The notes: generated by a model from the letters alone, not told the origin. 32,000 nt of DNA from Synechococcus elongatus PCC 6301 (GCF_000010065.1 NC_006576.1:1410001-1442000), one strand, 5' to 3'; shown: positions 1 through 10,457, counted from the stretch's first letter. Made by a program: numbers and translations.

Positions 1-1828
1 AACCGCGATTGCAGCGCAGCAGTGGGCTCTCAGGAGCGATCGCAGCGGCAGCGTCGTAGTCGGCGCAGGATTCGGGGAATTGACCCAGACGATAGTGAAG
101 CACACCTCGGCTAATCAAGTGATCGGCAGTCGCTCCTTGCAACGCGATCGCCTGATTCAGACTGTTCAGCGCAGCGGTCAACTGATTGTCGTAGTACTCC
201 AAACTCGATCGCTCGTGCCAGAACTCCGCTTGCGTGGGGGCTAACTCACAGGCGATCGCGAGGGCTTGGGCCGCACCGGCGTAGTCGCCCTGCTGCTTGA
301 GACTGCGACCTAAAGCGCGATGAAAGGACGGCTCCTCGGGGGCGATCGCCACAGCCTGTCGAATCAACCATTCAGCTCTTGGCCAGTTCTGAGCGGTGAA
401 AGCGCGATCGGCGGCTTGAATCCAATCCGCTATGGATAACTCGCCTCGATAGTCCCAGTGCTGGGGAGCCGGTTGAAACTCAGCCAGCGCCGTTTGGAGT
501 TCCGCAATCGCCCCTGACCAATCACCGGGGCTGGGTTGTCGGAACAGTCGCAGGCTGGGATACCACGGCGTAGTGGCACCAGAAAGTTCCCAGCGCCAAT
601 CGGGAACTGCGGGCAGCAGCACCCAAGTCGGTAGCCCAATCATGCCGCCGAGATGAGCGATCGCCGTATCAACCGTGATCAGTAAGTCCAGATGGGCTAA
701 GCGATCGACGGTGTCCTGAAAATCGCCAATCTCACTGCCGAGATCGAGCAGCGGATCCGAAAGCGTCTGTAAATCCTGCCGTGCCTCATCAACTTGGAGC
801 GAGACAACGTCCCAGCCGGACACCGATAGCACCGACCAGAGCAATGCCAGCGGACAGCTTTTATTAGCGGCAAATTCCGCCGATTGCGCCGGATTGCGAC
901 CCGCGCTCCAAACAAGTCCCAGTCGGGGGCGATCGCTTGCTGGTAGGAAATCACCCTTATGTGGGAAGAAGTAAGGGCCATGCCAAGGCAAGCGGTTGCG
1001 ATCGCTTTGAAAAATCAACATCAGCGACAGCAAAGGCACTTGCCAATCGCAGACAGGTAACTCAGCCCCTTCGGCCAGTACCATGAGTCGATCGTCCGCC
1101 AGCGTTTGAAAGAGCCGGACTAAAGACGGGCTAGTCTGCCAAACGATGCGGGCTTGGGGATAGCGCTGGCGCAGCAGAGGTATCCATCGCGCCCCCATCA
1201 GGCGATCGCCAAAGCCCTGTTCTCCCCAGACCAAGAGCGTTTGTTGATCTAAGTCTTGCCCCTGCCAACGCGGTAGTTTCAGCGAGGCTTCAATTTCGGG
1301 AAAGTGTTGAAGTTGTTGGCAGCGAGCTTCGTAGGCGGGTAGACCAAAGTCCCAGTCCCCGATCGCGAGGGCGGCATGGGCGCTGTTATAGCGAATTTCA
1401 GGGTTGTCGGGATCTGCCTCCAAAAGTTGTTGATAGTCCTGCAGAGCCGTCGCTGGATCGCCGAGTTTTTGCAGGGTAATGGCGCGATTGAAACGAGCTG
1501 CCACATGGGTTGGATCGATCGCCAGCGCTTGAGTAAGCCGCTCTAGGGCTTCAGTGAGGTGGCCCTGCCGTTGCAGGAGATTACCGAGATTGTTGAAGTG
1601 AGTTGGATCCGTGGGATCGAGCGCGATCGCTCGGCGCAGCAGCGTAATTCCAGTCTCTCTCTGGTCGCAGCAGTAATAACACAAACCTTGCAAGCCAAGC
1701 GCAGCCGCCCAATCGGGAACGTCACCGAGCAGCCGATCCAGTTGAGCGATCGCCGCCTCAAACTCTCCCGCTTGATAAGCCGCGATCGCCTGTTGGTAGT
1801 CGTGCTGTGCTGCTGCCGTGATCTGCAC
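1..1828 (-). CDS. TPR-repeat protein with a central glycosyltransferase family 9 (heptosyltransferase-like) domain; C-terminus runs off the left edge
   Basis: Uninterrupted minus-strand frame from 1828 past position 1; absent from the ORF track because it has no stop in the window. An in-frame TGA lies upstream at 1883..1885, and the first canonical start is GTG at 1828..1826 (VQITAAAQHDYQQAIAAYQAGEFEAAIAQL...). My translation shows TPR-like repeats at both ends and a GT9-like core (LLVWGEQGFGDRLMGARWIPLLRQRYP ... LLITVDTAIAHLGGMIGLPTWVLLP). Confidence 0.8.
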   Translation of the reverse strand, partial: MQITAAAQHDYQQAIAAYQAGEFEAAIAQLDRLLGDVPDWAAALGLQGLCYYCCDQRETGITLLRRAIALDPTDPTHFNNLGNLLQRQGHLTEALERLTQALAIDPTHVAARFNRAITLQKLGDPATALQDYQQLLEADPDNPEIRYNSAHAALAIGDWDFGLPAYEARCQQLQHFPEIEASLKLPRWQGQDLDQQTLLVWGEQGFGDRLMGARWIPLLRQRYPQARIVWQTSPSLVRLFQTLADDRLMVLAEGAELPVCDWQVPLLSLMLIFQSDRNRLPWHGPYFFPHKGDFLPASDRPRLGLVWSAGRNPAQSAEFAANKSCPLALLWSVLSVSGWDVVSLQVDEARQDLQTLSDPLLDLGSEIGDFQDTVDRLAHLDLLITVDTAIAHLGGMIGLPTWVLLPAVPDWRWELSGATTPWYPSLRLFRQPSPGDWSGAIAELQTALAEFQPAPQHWDYRGELSIADWIQAADRAFTAQNWPRAEWLIRQAVAIAPEEPSFHRALGRSLKQQGDYAGAAQALAIACELAPTQAEFWHERSSLEYYDNQLTAALNSLNQAIALQGATADHLISRGVLHYRLGQFPESCADYDAAAAIAPESPLLRCNRG

Positions 1829-2133
1829 GATCTGAGATTCCGATGCTTCGGGGCTATCATCCCCGATCTCTAGCGGCTCTGCTCATGACCTACTTGAGGT
1901 TCAGCGATCGCGCAATTGTGGGTCTGATTCAGAGGGATGAGGGCGAAAATCCAAACAGCGATCGCCGACAGGAGCTGTTCGTCGCGCCAAGCAAGGCTGC
2001 ATTGGATGGTCGCTGGCAAACAGACAGCGATCGCAATCTTCAATCCGACGAAAGGCACGGGGTTTAATCATGGCCCTACTGTAGCGAGTCTGTTACTCCA
2101 GATCAGGCGATCGCGTTTGATTCACGTCAGTGT

Positions 2134-3522
2134 CTAGCGTGTCTCAGAACGAGCGCGATCGCGGATTTCCTGCAAGCTTTGTCGCCGCACGATCGCACCA
2201 TTTTCAAACACCGTTTGCAGGCAGGATTGCGGGTCAGGCTCTGACGTCAGTAACGAGACTGTTCGGTATTGCCCCTCGCGATCGCGAATTAAATCCAAGC
2301 GTCCTGCTTTGCTAGCCTTGCGCAGATCCGTGGCTGGTCGCTTGCAAATGGGAATCACTTGTCCCGATCGCTCGATCCAGCTGCACTTGTAGGCAAAGCG
2401 TTGGGTATCGCGATTGACCTGCTGCAACAGCCCGCCACCCATGCCAAAAGCGACATTACTGGCACTAAAGCCAGCGGCCATAACCGCTTGCAGAACTTTG
2501 GGCAGACTGTCCACTGTGATCCCATCGCCCTGAATCACCCGCACCGATCGCAAAACTTGATAACCCTTCTGATTGCGATCGCAGCCGAACTTAGCGGCCA
2601 AACGACGCAGTAATTCCGGCACAATCTGCTCAGGATTGCCTGAGTCAGGCCGAATGACAACGGTTGCTCCCGATTGCAAAATGCGATCGCGGAGATCCTC
2701 ACCCCAAAGCTGATCGACGGCATGCCAGAGATCATAGGAGTCCGATACAACAGCCACCACAGATCCCGGATTTGCAAAGCGATCGAGCATATTGCGGTAA
2801 GCATCTAACTCACCCGATGGGCCCCAAGCCGTAATCGTTGAATGCTCCGCCGCCGGAATCGAAAAGCCAGCGATCGCGCAATCGTAATAGCGCTGTCCTG
2901 CCAGTAACGCAGCGATCGTATCAGTGCCTTGAAAGTTGACCAAATGAGCCAGCCCGCCGATTGCAGCACTTTCTTGGCTCGATACCCCGCGTGATCCAAA
3001 GTCATGCAGTTTGAAGTCAATTTCAGCTGCTGGATTTTCGGCTGATTGCTCCAGCGCTTGCTGAATGATTTGCCGAAGCTGCCAACTGCGTGTAGCCACA
3101 GTTATCGGATACCAAACCCGCAGCAGTAGTGTCTCAACCCAAGTGGCCAGCCAAGCCAATTCAGGATCGGTCGATTCCACTGTCAGCAAGATATTGCCGG
3201 TGGGGACAAGGCTACCTTCCGGGACAGCCCGAATTCGTAAAGGTAAATACCCGCCATAGCGATCGCAAACTCGTTGCCAGCCCGCTTGATTGAAAGGCAG
3301 CCCATGCGCTTGAAACAGCGCGGCGGCTTCTTGAATGTCAGCGCTAGTGATTGGCTGGAAGAAATAACGCAGTAGTAGATATTGCAAGCCAAAAAAGAGC
3401 GTGTGCGAGCAATCTCCACCCCGGCTTTCTAAATAAGCTCCGATCGCAGTCGTATCGGCAGGATATTGCAGCCAGTGGCTGACTTTGTATGAGTCGGTAT
3501 CGAACAGAAGATTGAGGTCCAT
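2134..3522 (-). CDS. nadV: nicotinamide phosphoribosyltransferase (NAMPT/NadV family)
   Basis: 462-aa ORF. The N-terminal FDTDSYKVSHWLQYP and the overall length are typical of NadV-type phosphoribosyltransferases. It lies directly downstream of the NadM-Nudix gene on the same strand. Confidence 0.85.
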   Translation of the reverse strand: MDLNLLFDTDSYKVSHWLQYPADTTAIGAYLESRGGDCSHTLFFGLQYLLLRYFFQPITSADIQEAAALFQAHGLPFNQAGWQRVCDRYGGYLPLRIRAVPEGSLVPTGNILLTVESTDPELAWLATWVETLLLRVWYPITVATRSWQLRQIIQQALEQSAENPAAEIDFKLHDFGSRGVSSQESAAIGGLAHLVNFQGTDTIAALLAGQRYYDCAIAGFSIPAAEHSTITAWGPSGELDAYRNMLDRFANPGSVVAVVSDSYDLWHAVDQLWGEDLRDRILQSGATVVIRPDSGNPEQIVPELLRRLAAKFGCDRNQKGYQVLRSVRVIQGDGITVDSLPKVLQAVMAAGFSASNVAFGMGGGLLQQVNRDTQRFAYKCSWIERSGQVIPICKRPATDLRKASKAGRLDLIRDREGQYRTVSLLTSEPDPQSCLQTVFENGAIVRRQSLQEIRDRARSETR

Positions 3523-3669
3523 AATCAGTTGCGCTCCGCAACGATGAGGTCAAGGACAACTCACCCGGTCTCTCCAGACTGAGCTGTCAGGACAAAATGA
3601 CTACCAAAACAAGAGGCTAAAGCTCTTGAAGTCCAGCTATACAGCGACCTAACACTGATCTCAGCAGCA

Positions 3670-4695
<1,026 letters not shown>

Positions 4696-4837
4696 TCAGA
4701 ACCCCTGAAGTGAAAGCCTGCTTCGATTAGCGTGGCTTGCTTTGAAGGTAACACTGAATTTCGAAAGCTGACAAGGCGATCGCGGCGTCAGCCTATGCAC
4801 ACAATGAAATAGTGAACGGCACAGCTGGATTAAAGCG

Positions 4838-5302
4838 ATGCATTGGCTGATATGGGGATGGTGCTTGCTTCTCCTGTTGGGGAGTCCGAGCTTGCCCGCG
4901 ATCGCGGCGATCCATCACTATCCCGAAGCGGGCGATCGCGAAATGATTCGCTCCTTGCAAAGTCTGCGCGATGCAAGGGATCAATCTTGGCAGGTGATTT
5001 TCTATGAACGTCGCCAAGGCAGCGATCGCCTAGCATCACGGCTGCGCTTAGTGGGGTTTCCAGCGGTGCGGCTCTCGCGACAGACGCCCTTGATCGTGGA
5101 GCAAACCGGACAGCAACTGGCATTGCCCAATGTGACCGATCTGGATGCTCAGCTCAGCGCCAATGTGGCGGAGTTCGATAGCGAAGCGCTATTGCCGCTT
5201 CTCGATCGCGTGACTCCACTGCGGCTGCAGCTCGACCAGGAAGTGGCACTGACGGTGCCGCCGTTTATGGTCAAAGAATGGGCTGCGATCGGGCATGAGT
5301 GA
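4838..5302 (+). CDS. hypothetical exported protein (signal-peptide-like N-terminus)
   Basis: 154-aa ORF. The hydrophobic N-terminus MHWLIWGWCLLLLLGSPSLPAIAA resembles a Sec signal peptide. Its end overlaps the ribD start by 8 nt. No family recognised with confidence. Confidence 0.55.
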   Translation: MHWLIWGWCLLLLLGSPSLPAIAAIHHYPEAGDREMIRSLQSLRDARDQSWQVIFYERRQGSDRLASRLRLVGFPAVRLSRQTPLIVEQTGQQLALPNVTDLDAQLSANVAEFDSEALLPLLDRVTPLRLQLDQEVALTVPPFMVKEWAAIGHE

Positions 5303-6401
5303 TCGCGATCGCCAGTACATGCAGCGCTGTTTGGAACTAGCAGCCCAAGCAGCTGGACAAACCGCCCCCAACCCGATGGTCGGCTGCATCATCGTCCAAG
5401 GCGAGGAAATCGTGGGTGAAGGCTTCCATCCGGCCGCCGGTCAGCCCCATGCCGAAGTGTTTGCCCTGCGACAAGCGGGCGATCGCGCTCGGGGAGCAAC
5501 GCTCTACGTCAATCTTGAACCCTGTAATCACTATGGCCGGACGCCGCCTTGTAGCGAAGCAGTCGTCGCCGCTGGTCTAAAGCGGGTTGTAGTCGGCATG
5601 GTTGACCCTGATCCCCGAGTGACCGGTGGTGGCATTGCGCGACTTCAGCAAGCAGGCATCGAAGTCACGGTCGGCGTCGAGCAAGCCGCCTGTGAGCAAA
5701 TGAATGAAGCGTTTGTTTGGCGGGTGACTCAGCGTCGTCCCTTTGGCATTCTCAAGTACGCCATGACCTTGGATGGCCGGATCGCCGCCAGTACAGGGCA
5801 TAGCGCCTGGGTCAGCAGTCCTGAATCACGTCGCCAAGTTCACTCACTGCGATCGCAAGTGGATGCAGTGATTGTGGGCGGCAATACAGTGCGGCTGGAC
5901 AACCCCCGTCTGACTTGTCATGACATCAGCGATCGCCATCCCCTGCGGGTCGTGATGAGTCGCCGTTTGGATTTGCCGTTAGAGGCTAACCTCTGGCAGA
6001 CCGACATTGCGCCAACACTCGTTTTTACTGAAGAGACTGCCGATCGCGATCGCTGGCGGAAACTCGAAGACCAAGGCGTAGAAGTGGTTGTGCGATCGCC
6101 CCTCACGCCGAGTGAAGTCAGTGCTGAGTTATTCAATCGCGGTCTTTCGACCCTGCTCTGGGAATGTGGCGGTACTTTGGCGGCAGCGGCTTTGCGAGAA
6201 GGTCTGATCCAGAAGCTGCTGGCTTTCATTGCCCCCAAACTCATTGGTGGCCCGCCTGGCTATAGCCCTGTCGGTGATTTGGGTTTACTGCGAATGGATC
6301 AAGCCCTCAAAGTCGAGCGATCGCAGTGGCAAGCGATCGGGCCAGATCTCTGCTGGACCGCCTATCTTGATCTCGTCAGCGGGCAAGAAGGAGTGTCTTA
6401 G
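5295..6401 (+). CDS. ribD: bifunctional riboflavin biosynthesis protein RibD (pyrimidine deaminase / uracil reductase)
   Basis: 368-aa ORF. Zinc-binding deaminase motifs HAEVFAL and EPCNHYGRTPPC, followed by a reductase half (GILKYAMTLDGRIA...). Confidence 0.92.
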   Translation: MSDRDRQYMQRCLELAAQAAGQTAPNPMVGCIIVQGEEIVGEGFHPAAGQPHAEVFALRQAGDRARGATLYVNLEPCNHYGRTPPCSEAVVAAGLKRVVVGMVDPDPRVTGGGIARLQQAGIEVTVGVEQAACEQMNEAFVWRVTQRRPFGILKYAMTLDGRIAASTGHSAWVSSPESRRQVHSLRSQVDAVIVGGNTVRLDNPRLTCHDISDRHPLRVVMSRRLDLPLEANLWQTDIAPTLVFTEETADRDRWRKLEDQGVEVVVRSPLTPSEVSAELFNRGLSTLLWECGGTLAAAALREGLIQKLLAFIAPKLIGGPPGYSPVGDLGLLRMDQALKVERSQWQAIGPDLCWTAYLDLVSGQEGVS

Positions 6402-6793
6402 GCTCCATCGAAAGCATTCCCGTCCAGCCAGCGGAAGGTAGGCAGCTTGGGTTGATTTTTAACCCCTCACTCAACCAAGCGATCGCCTCAGATCTGTCCC
6501 AGCTTCTATTGCGATTTCACAGCATCAATGGGTTAGGCCACTAACAGGATCAAGGGAAACTACCCGTTCTCTCAACTGGGATCGACAGGCGTAGGCCAAA
6601 ATGCCATGGCAGCAGCAATCGCCCTCACCAAATTGATAGTTACTCAGCCGCAGCGATCGCATTGAGATCAACAGCAACGGAACTATTCCTAATGACGAGT
6701 GAACGAACGGAGCAGACCTTAAGCTTTCCGCAGAGAAAATTGCCGAATCAGGATTGCCTGTGGATACTGGGGGCAGTTTTTTGAACTATCGGT

Positions 6794-8245
6794 ATGACTA
6801 TCGCGAGCCCAGCCGGGTTTCGTCGTTTGCCTCCTTGGCTAGCACGACTGGCGGGCAGTTCAACGCTGAGTGAATCTCAACCTGATCATGCAGCTTGGGT
6901 CTGGCTGGGGGGCGCACTTGTCTGGATGATTCTGGGCATGTGCCTTGGCATGATCGCAGCGATCAAGCTGGCCTACCCCGATTTCTTGGGGGGTGCAGCT
7001 CCCCTCGGCTTTGGTCGAGTGCGCCCCGAACATGTCAACACCATTCTGTTTGGCTGGATTGTTGGTGGCGAAATTGGCGCAGCGCTCTACATCGTGCCGC
7101 GCGTCTGCCAGCGATCGCTCATCTTGGGTGAACTGGGTGCCCTGAGTGGCTGGGCCTATCACATCGCCGTTTTGCTGGGGCTCGTCAGCGTTAGCCTAGG
7201 CTGGACCAAAGGCGCAAAGTACGAGGAATGGGTGCGTGGCATCAACCTAGCGGTGGTGATCACGGTGAATCTCACAGCGCTCTGTTTGGTGCTCACGGCT
7301 TTCGAGCGGCGGGTTAGCGGCCTGTTTGTCAGCGTCTGGTACTTCTTTCTATTCGCGATCGCCTTTGACTTCATCTATATTCCCGCCAACCTCAGTCGTA
7401 ATGCCGGGGCCGAAGGCGCGGTCATCAACTGGTACTACGGCCACAATGCAGTCGGCTCCGTTATGACCGGAGCGGGCTTGGCGATCGCCTATTACGTTGT
7501 GCCACGGCTGCTGAATCGCCAACTGTTTGCCCACGGCATCGCTACCTTGAGCTTCTGGACCTTTGCCGGCTTCTACATCTGGAACGGCGGCCACCACTTA
7601 CTTTATGGTCCGGTACCGCGCTTCATCACGATGATGGGCTATTTCGCAGCCTTTGGTATGACACTGCCCTTTGTCCTGTCGACGGTGTCGCTCTGGGGCA
7701 CTATTTGGGGCCAGTGGCGCGCCATTTTGGACAGCATTGCCGTGCGCTTCGCGGTTCTTGCTGGCTCTGTCTACTTCTGGGCTTCAGCCTCGGGAGCCAT
7801 GCTGGCTTGGCACGAACTCACCGTGATTCAGCATTTCTCTGACAACACGATCGCCCACGTTCACCTCGCCTTCCTCGGCTTCACGACACCAGCCCTGAAT
7901 GCCCTGCTCTATCTGATGGTGGAACGGGGGATGCGCCGGCCACTGATCGCCGTCCTGCAGAAATTGCACTGGTGGATGTTTGTGATTGGCTGCGCGCTCT
8001 ACATCCTGCCGATCTACGGGGCCGCCTTTTTTGAAGGGGTGGGCTGGTTCCAGCAAGTGCCCTTTAGTGAAACCGTTGCCCTGCGCTACCCCTACTACTA
8101 CCTGCGGATGTACAGCGGTCTTTTCCTAATTGGCGGGCAGTTGGCGATGGTTTGGAACCTGATCTATGCCTGGCGATCGCCTGCATTAGAGGCAGTACCG
8201 GCAATCGACTCCCCAGTCTGGCTGGTTCCAGGAGAAGAAGCATGA
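6794..8245 (+). CDS. heme-copper oxidase subunit I, C-family (cbb3 CcoN-like)
   Basis: 483-aa polytopic ORF. cbb3-type contexts surround all six metal-ligand histidines: FGRVRPEH(80)VNTILFGW, WYYGH(217)NAVG, GGH(267)H(268)LLYGP, NTIAH(355)VH(357). Tyr261 (GFYIWNGGHH) lies six residues before the HH pair. Confidence 0.85.
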   Translation: MTIASPAGFRRLPPWLARLAGSSTLSESQPDHAAWVWLGGALVWMILGMCLGMIAAIKLAYPDFLGGAAPLGFGRVRPEHVNTILFGWIVGGEIGAALYIVPRVCQRSLILGELGALSGWAYHIAVLLGLVSVSLGWTKGAKYEEWVRGINLAVVITVNLTALCLVLTAFERRVSGLFVSVWYFFLFAIAFDFIYIPANLSRNAGAEGAVINWYYGHNAVGSVMTGAGLAIAYYVVPRLLNRQLFAHGIATLSFWTFAGFYIWNGGHHLLYGPVPRFITMMGYFAAFGMTLPFVLSTVSLWGTIWGQWRAILDSIAVRFAVLAGSVYFWASASGAMLAWHELTVIQHFSDNTIAHVHLAFLGFTTPALNALLYLMVERGMRRPLIAVLQKLHWWMFVIGCALYILPIYGAAFFEGVGWFQQVPFSETVALRYPYYYLRMYSGLFLIGGQLAMVWNLIYAWRSPALEAVPAIDSPVWLVPGEEA

Positions 8246-8994
8246 GACGCCTCTACTTCCTGATCTTCGGCCTCCTCGTCCTCTGTGTGGGTGTGTTCAC
8301 TATCAGCGAGCTCTCGATTCGAATTGCCGGCGACACGGTGCCCTCTCCGGGCTTGCAACCCTATAGCGAAGTTGCCCTGCGGGGCCGCCAAGTCTACATC
8401 GAAAATGGTTGCCTCTACTGCCACACCCAGCAGGTGCGGCCCTTGGGGATCGATTCTCCCTATCTGCACGGCACCCGTCCCTCGCTGCCCAATGACTACG
8501 TCTACGATCGCCCCCATTTGATGGGCACAGAACGGCAAGGGCCGGATCTGACCAACATTGGTCGCAAGTATCTGGGAGCCGAGGGCGCTGTCCAGTTGTC
8601 GATGCTGCTGCGCAATCCGCGTTTGCAATTTGCCAATGCGACGATGCCCAGCTTTGATTTCCTCAGCGATCGCGATCGCTCTGATCTGGTCGTCTACCTA
8701 CAAACGCTCGGGGCCTGGAAGGAACCCTACGACGGCCCTATCGAGCGCTGGACCTACGACTATTTGCGGGATGTCCCCAACCTGACCCAGGAAACGATCG
8801 ATCAGATTGATGGCCTGACGGAAGCGCGGCAGGTCACCACCGTCAACGTGCTGATGTTGGTTTGGTTTGGGCTAGCAGTGGTGTTGCCGTTCTTCTTGGC
8901 TTGGCGCAGTGGTCAATTCCGCGATCTGGAAGCGCCAGCCTTGCAGCTCAGCCAGCAAGCTGAAAACCCGACTGATCCTCGCGCTGGAGAGTGA
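8242..8994 (+). CDS. mono-heme cytochrome c subunit, CcoO/FixO-like, with an extra C-terminal transmembrane (CcoQ-like) tail
   Basis: Start chosen at ATG 8242: GGAGAAGAAG lies upstream and it forms an ATGA overlap with the subunit I stop. The track ORF from 8152 is an in-frame upstream extension. Features are an N-terminal TM anchor, heme c site CLYCH at 8410..8424, CcoO-like blocks YDRPHLMGTERQGPDLTNIGRKY, NPR...ATMPSF and VVYLQTLG, and a second hydrophobic helix VNVLMLVWFGLAVVLPFFLAW near the C-terminus. Confidence 0.82.
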   Translation: MRRLYFLIFGLLVLCVGVFTISELSIRIAGDTVPSPGLQPYSEVALRGRQVYIENGCLYCHTQQVRPLGIDSPYLHGTRPSLPNDYVYDRPHLMGTERQGPDLTNIGRKYLGAEGAVQLSMLLRNPRLQFANATMPSFDFLSDRDRSDLVVYLQTLGAWKEPYDGPIERWTYDYLRDVPNLTQETIDQIDGLTEARQVTTVNVLMLVWFGLAVVLPFFLAWRSGQFRDLEAPALQLSQQAENPTDPRAGE

Positions 8995-9531
8995 TTGATT
9001 TTGGACTTTCTCCTCAATCGGACCAATTTGCCCTACCCCGATCCACTCCATGCGATCGTGGTGCACTTTGTGATCGCGATGGTGATTATCTCGTTTCTGT
9101 TCGAGGTCATTGGGCTGATCAGCAAACGCCAAAGCCTGCTGAATGCAGGCTGGTGGAACCTGGTGGTGGCGGCGATCGCGATTTTCTTTGCCATTCTTTT
9201 TGGCCAATTTGAAATTGGTTTGGCCCAGCCTTCCCAAGCGGCTCAACCCACCATCAATCGCCATCTCGCTGTGGGCTGGTTGCTGCTGTTGCTGCTGCCC
9301 AACCTAGCCCTCTGGCAGGGCATTGAGCGATCGCGCGATCGCACCCGTATTTCCAAGGGTGTGCTGGCCTTCAAAGCGATCGTGGTCGTGCTGGTCTGCT
9401 ACCAGTTTTTACTGGGCACCACGATGTATTGGGTCTACGGAATCCACGTTGAGCCGGTGGCGACCGCCAGCCGTGCTGAACTGCCTGACGCCGGTGCTGG
9501 GCGTCCTAATCTGACTGGAGAGGTGCGCTGA
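8995..9531 (+). CDS. DUF2231-like integral membrane protein (about 4 TM, conserved His)
   Basis: 178-aa ORF with a TTG start directly abutting the preceding TGA. The first in-frame ATG would delete TM1, so a non-ATG start is likely. Signature YPDPLHAIVVHFVIA ... GWWNL ... INRHLAVGW. Paralogous to the next ORF. Confidence 0.7.
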   Translation: MILDFLLNRTNLPYPDPLHAIVVHFVIAMVIISFLFEVIGLISKRQSLLNAGWWNLVVAAIAIFFAILFGQFEIGLAQPSQAAQPTINRHLAVGWLLLLLLPNLALWQGIERSRDRTRISKGVLAFKAIVVVLVCYQFLLGTTMYWVYGIHVEPVATASRAELPDAGAGRPNLTGEVR

Positions 9532-10457
9532 TGATCCGGCCATTACTGGCGACGCAACCCGACTGGAGCAGCGGACTGGATCTGGGGCTAAATGGTCTAC
9601 CCTACGCGCTGCCGGTGCATCCCAATCTGGTGCACTTCACGATTGGACTGTTTGCGATCGCCCTGATCTTTGACCTGATTGCCACCAGTCACGGGCTCTT
9701 GCAGCCGATTTACAACCTGCTGCAGATTAAACCCGATCGCGCTGCCTACTACGACCTAGGCTGGTGGAACTTGCTGGCTGCTGCTCTGATCACCTTCGTG
9801 GCCGTGGCCTTCGGCTTCTTCGAAATGCTGCTGGCTGAACCGCCTGCCGGTGCCGTCAGTCCCTGGGGTTTACCGGCGCTGGAGACCATGTATCTGCACG
9901 GCGTCGGCGGTGTTTTTTCCCTGTTCATGATCGTGCTGCTGACCATCTGGCGAGGGCTAGAACGCTATCGTTGGCGAGCGAGGCTCCGCGCTCAAGTCAG
10001 TTTGCGCTACGGTGCTGTGGCCCTGCTGGTTTTAGGCTTCATCAGCATTCAGGCCGAAATGGGGGCACAGCTGGGCGGCACCTTCGGCCTGCACAATACA
10101 GCAGCGCTGCATATCAGCCAAAAACAGTCAGTAGCGACGCTGCAAACCCTGACAATTCCGCCCCGAACGGTTGGCCAAGCGCTCTCCAATCCACCGGCTA
10201 ACTACCCCTTGCCGCGCTGGGAATTCCAAGGCGATCGCCTTTACTACGGCATTCAATCAGTGCTGACCCTGCCAGCGGAGCTTGCCCAGCCTGAGCTGCT
10301 AACGCGGCTGAATGACCATGCGTGGTCGGCGGATGACTTCTCCCTCGTCGGAGATCAAATCTACCTGGGCGATCGCCCGCTCCTACCAGCGGGAACTACC
10401 GGCCAAGCTCAGCTCTATCGCCTCCAAGCCGCTCTCCTCTCGTCGAGTGACCCATGA
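9531..10457 (+). CDS. DUF2231-like integral membrane protein with a C-terminal soluble extension of about 110 aa
   Basis: 308-aa ORF whose ATG overlaps the preceding stop by 1 nt (TGATG). It carries the same signature as the previous ORF (LPVHPNLVHFTIGLFAIA ... GWWNL ... MYLHGVGG). The C-terminal region after about residue 195 is non-hydrophobic and unrecognised. Confidence 0.75.
   Translation: MIRPLLATQPDWSSGLDLGLNGLPYALPVHPNLVHFTIGLFAIALIFDLIATSHGLLQPIYNLLQIKPDRAAYYDLGWWNLLAAALITFVAVAFGFFEMLLAEPPAGAVSPWGLPALETMYLHGVGGVFSLFMIVLLTIWRGLERYRWRARLRAQVSLRYGAVALLVLGFISIQAEMGAQLGGTFGLHNTAALHISQKQSVATLQTLTIPPRTVGQALSNPPANYPLPRWEFQGDRLYYGIQSVLTLPAELAQPELLTRLNDHAWSADDFSLVGDQIYLGDRPLLPAGTTGQAQLYRLQAALLSSSDP

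Noticed and set aside
1843-2137. Several 60-75-aa ORFs on both strands in the 305-bp gap between the TPR/GT9 gene start and the nadV stop
   Set aside because: They overlap one another and lack an RBS or recognisable motifs. The region is HIP1-dense. It is more likely promoter or terminator space, though I cannot exclude a small gene.
8164-8628. 154-aa minus-strand ORF, and similar antisense ORFs at 10604..11044, 13437..13886, 20874..21362 and 28434..28919
   Set aside because: All lie opposite genes with strong family motifs and show biased, motif-free composition. I treated them as spurious.
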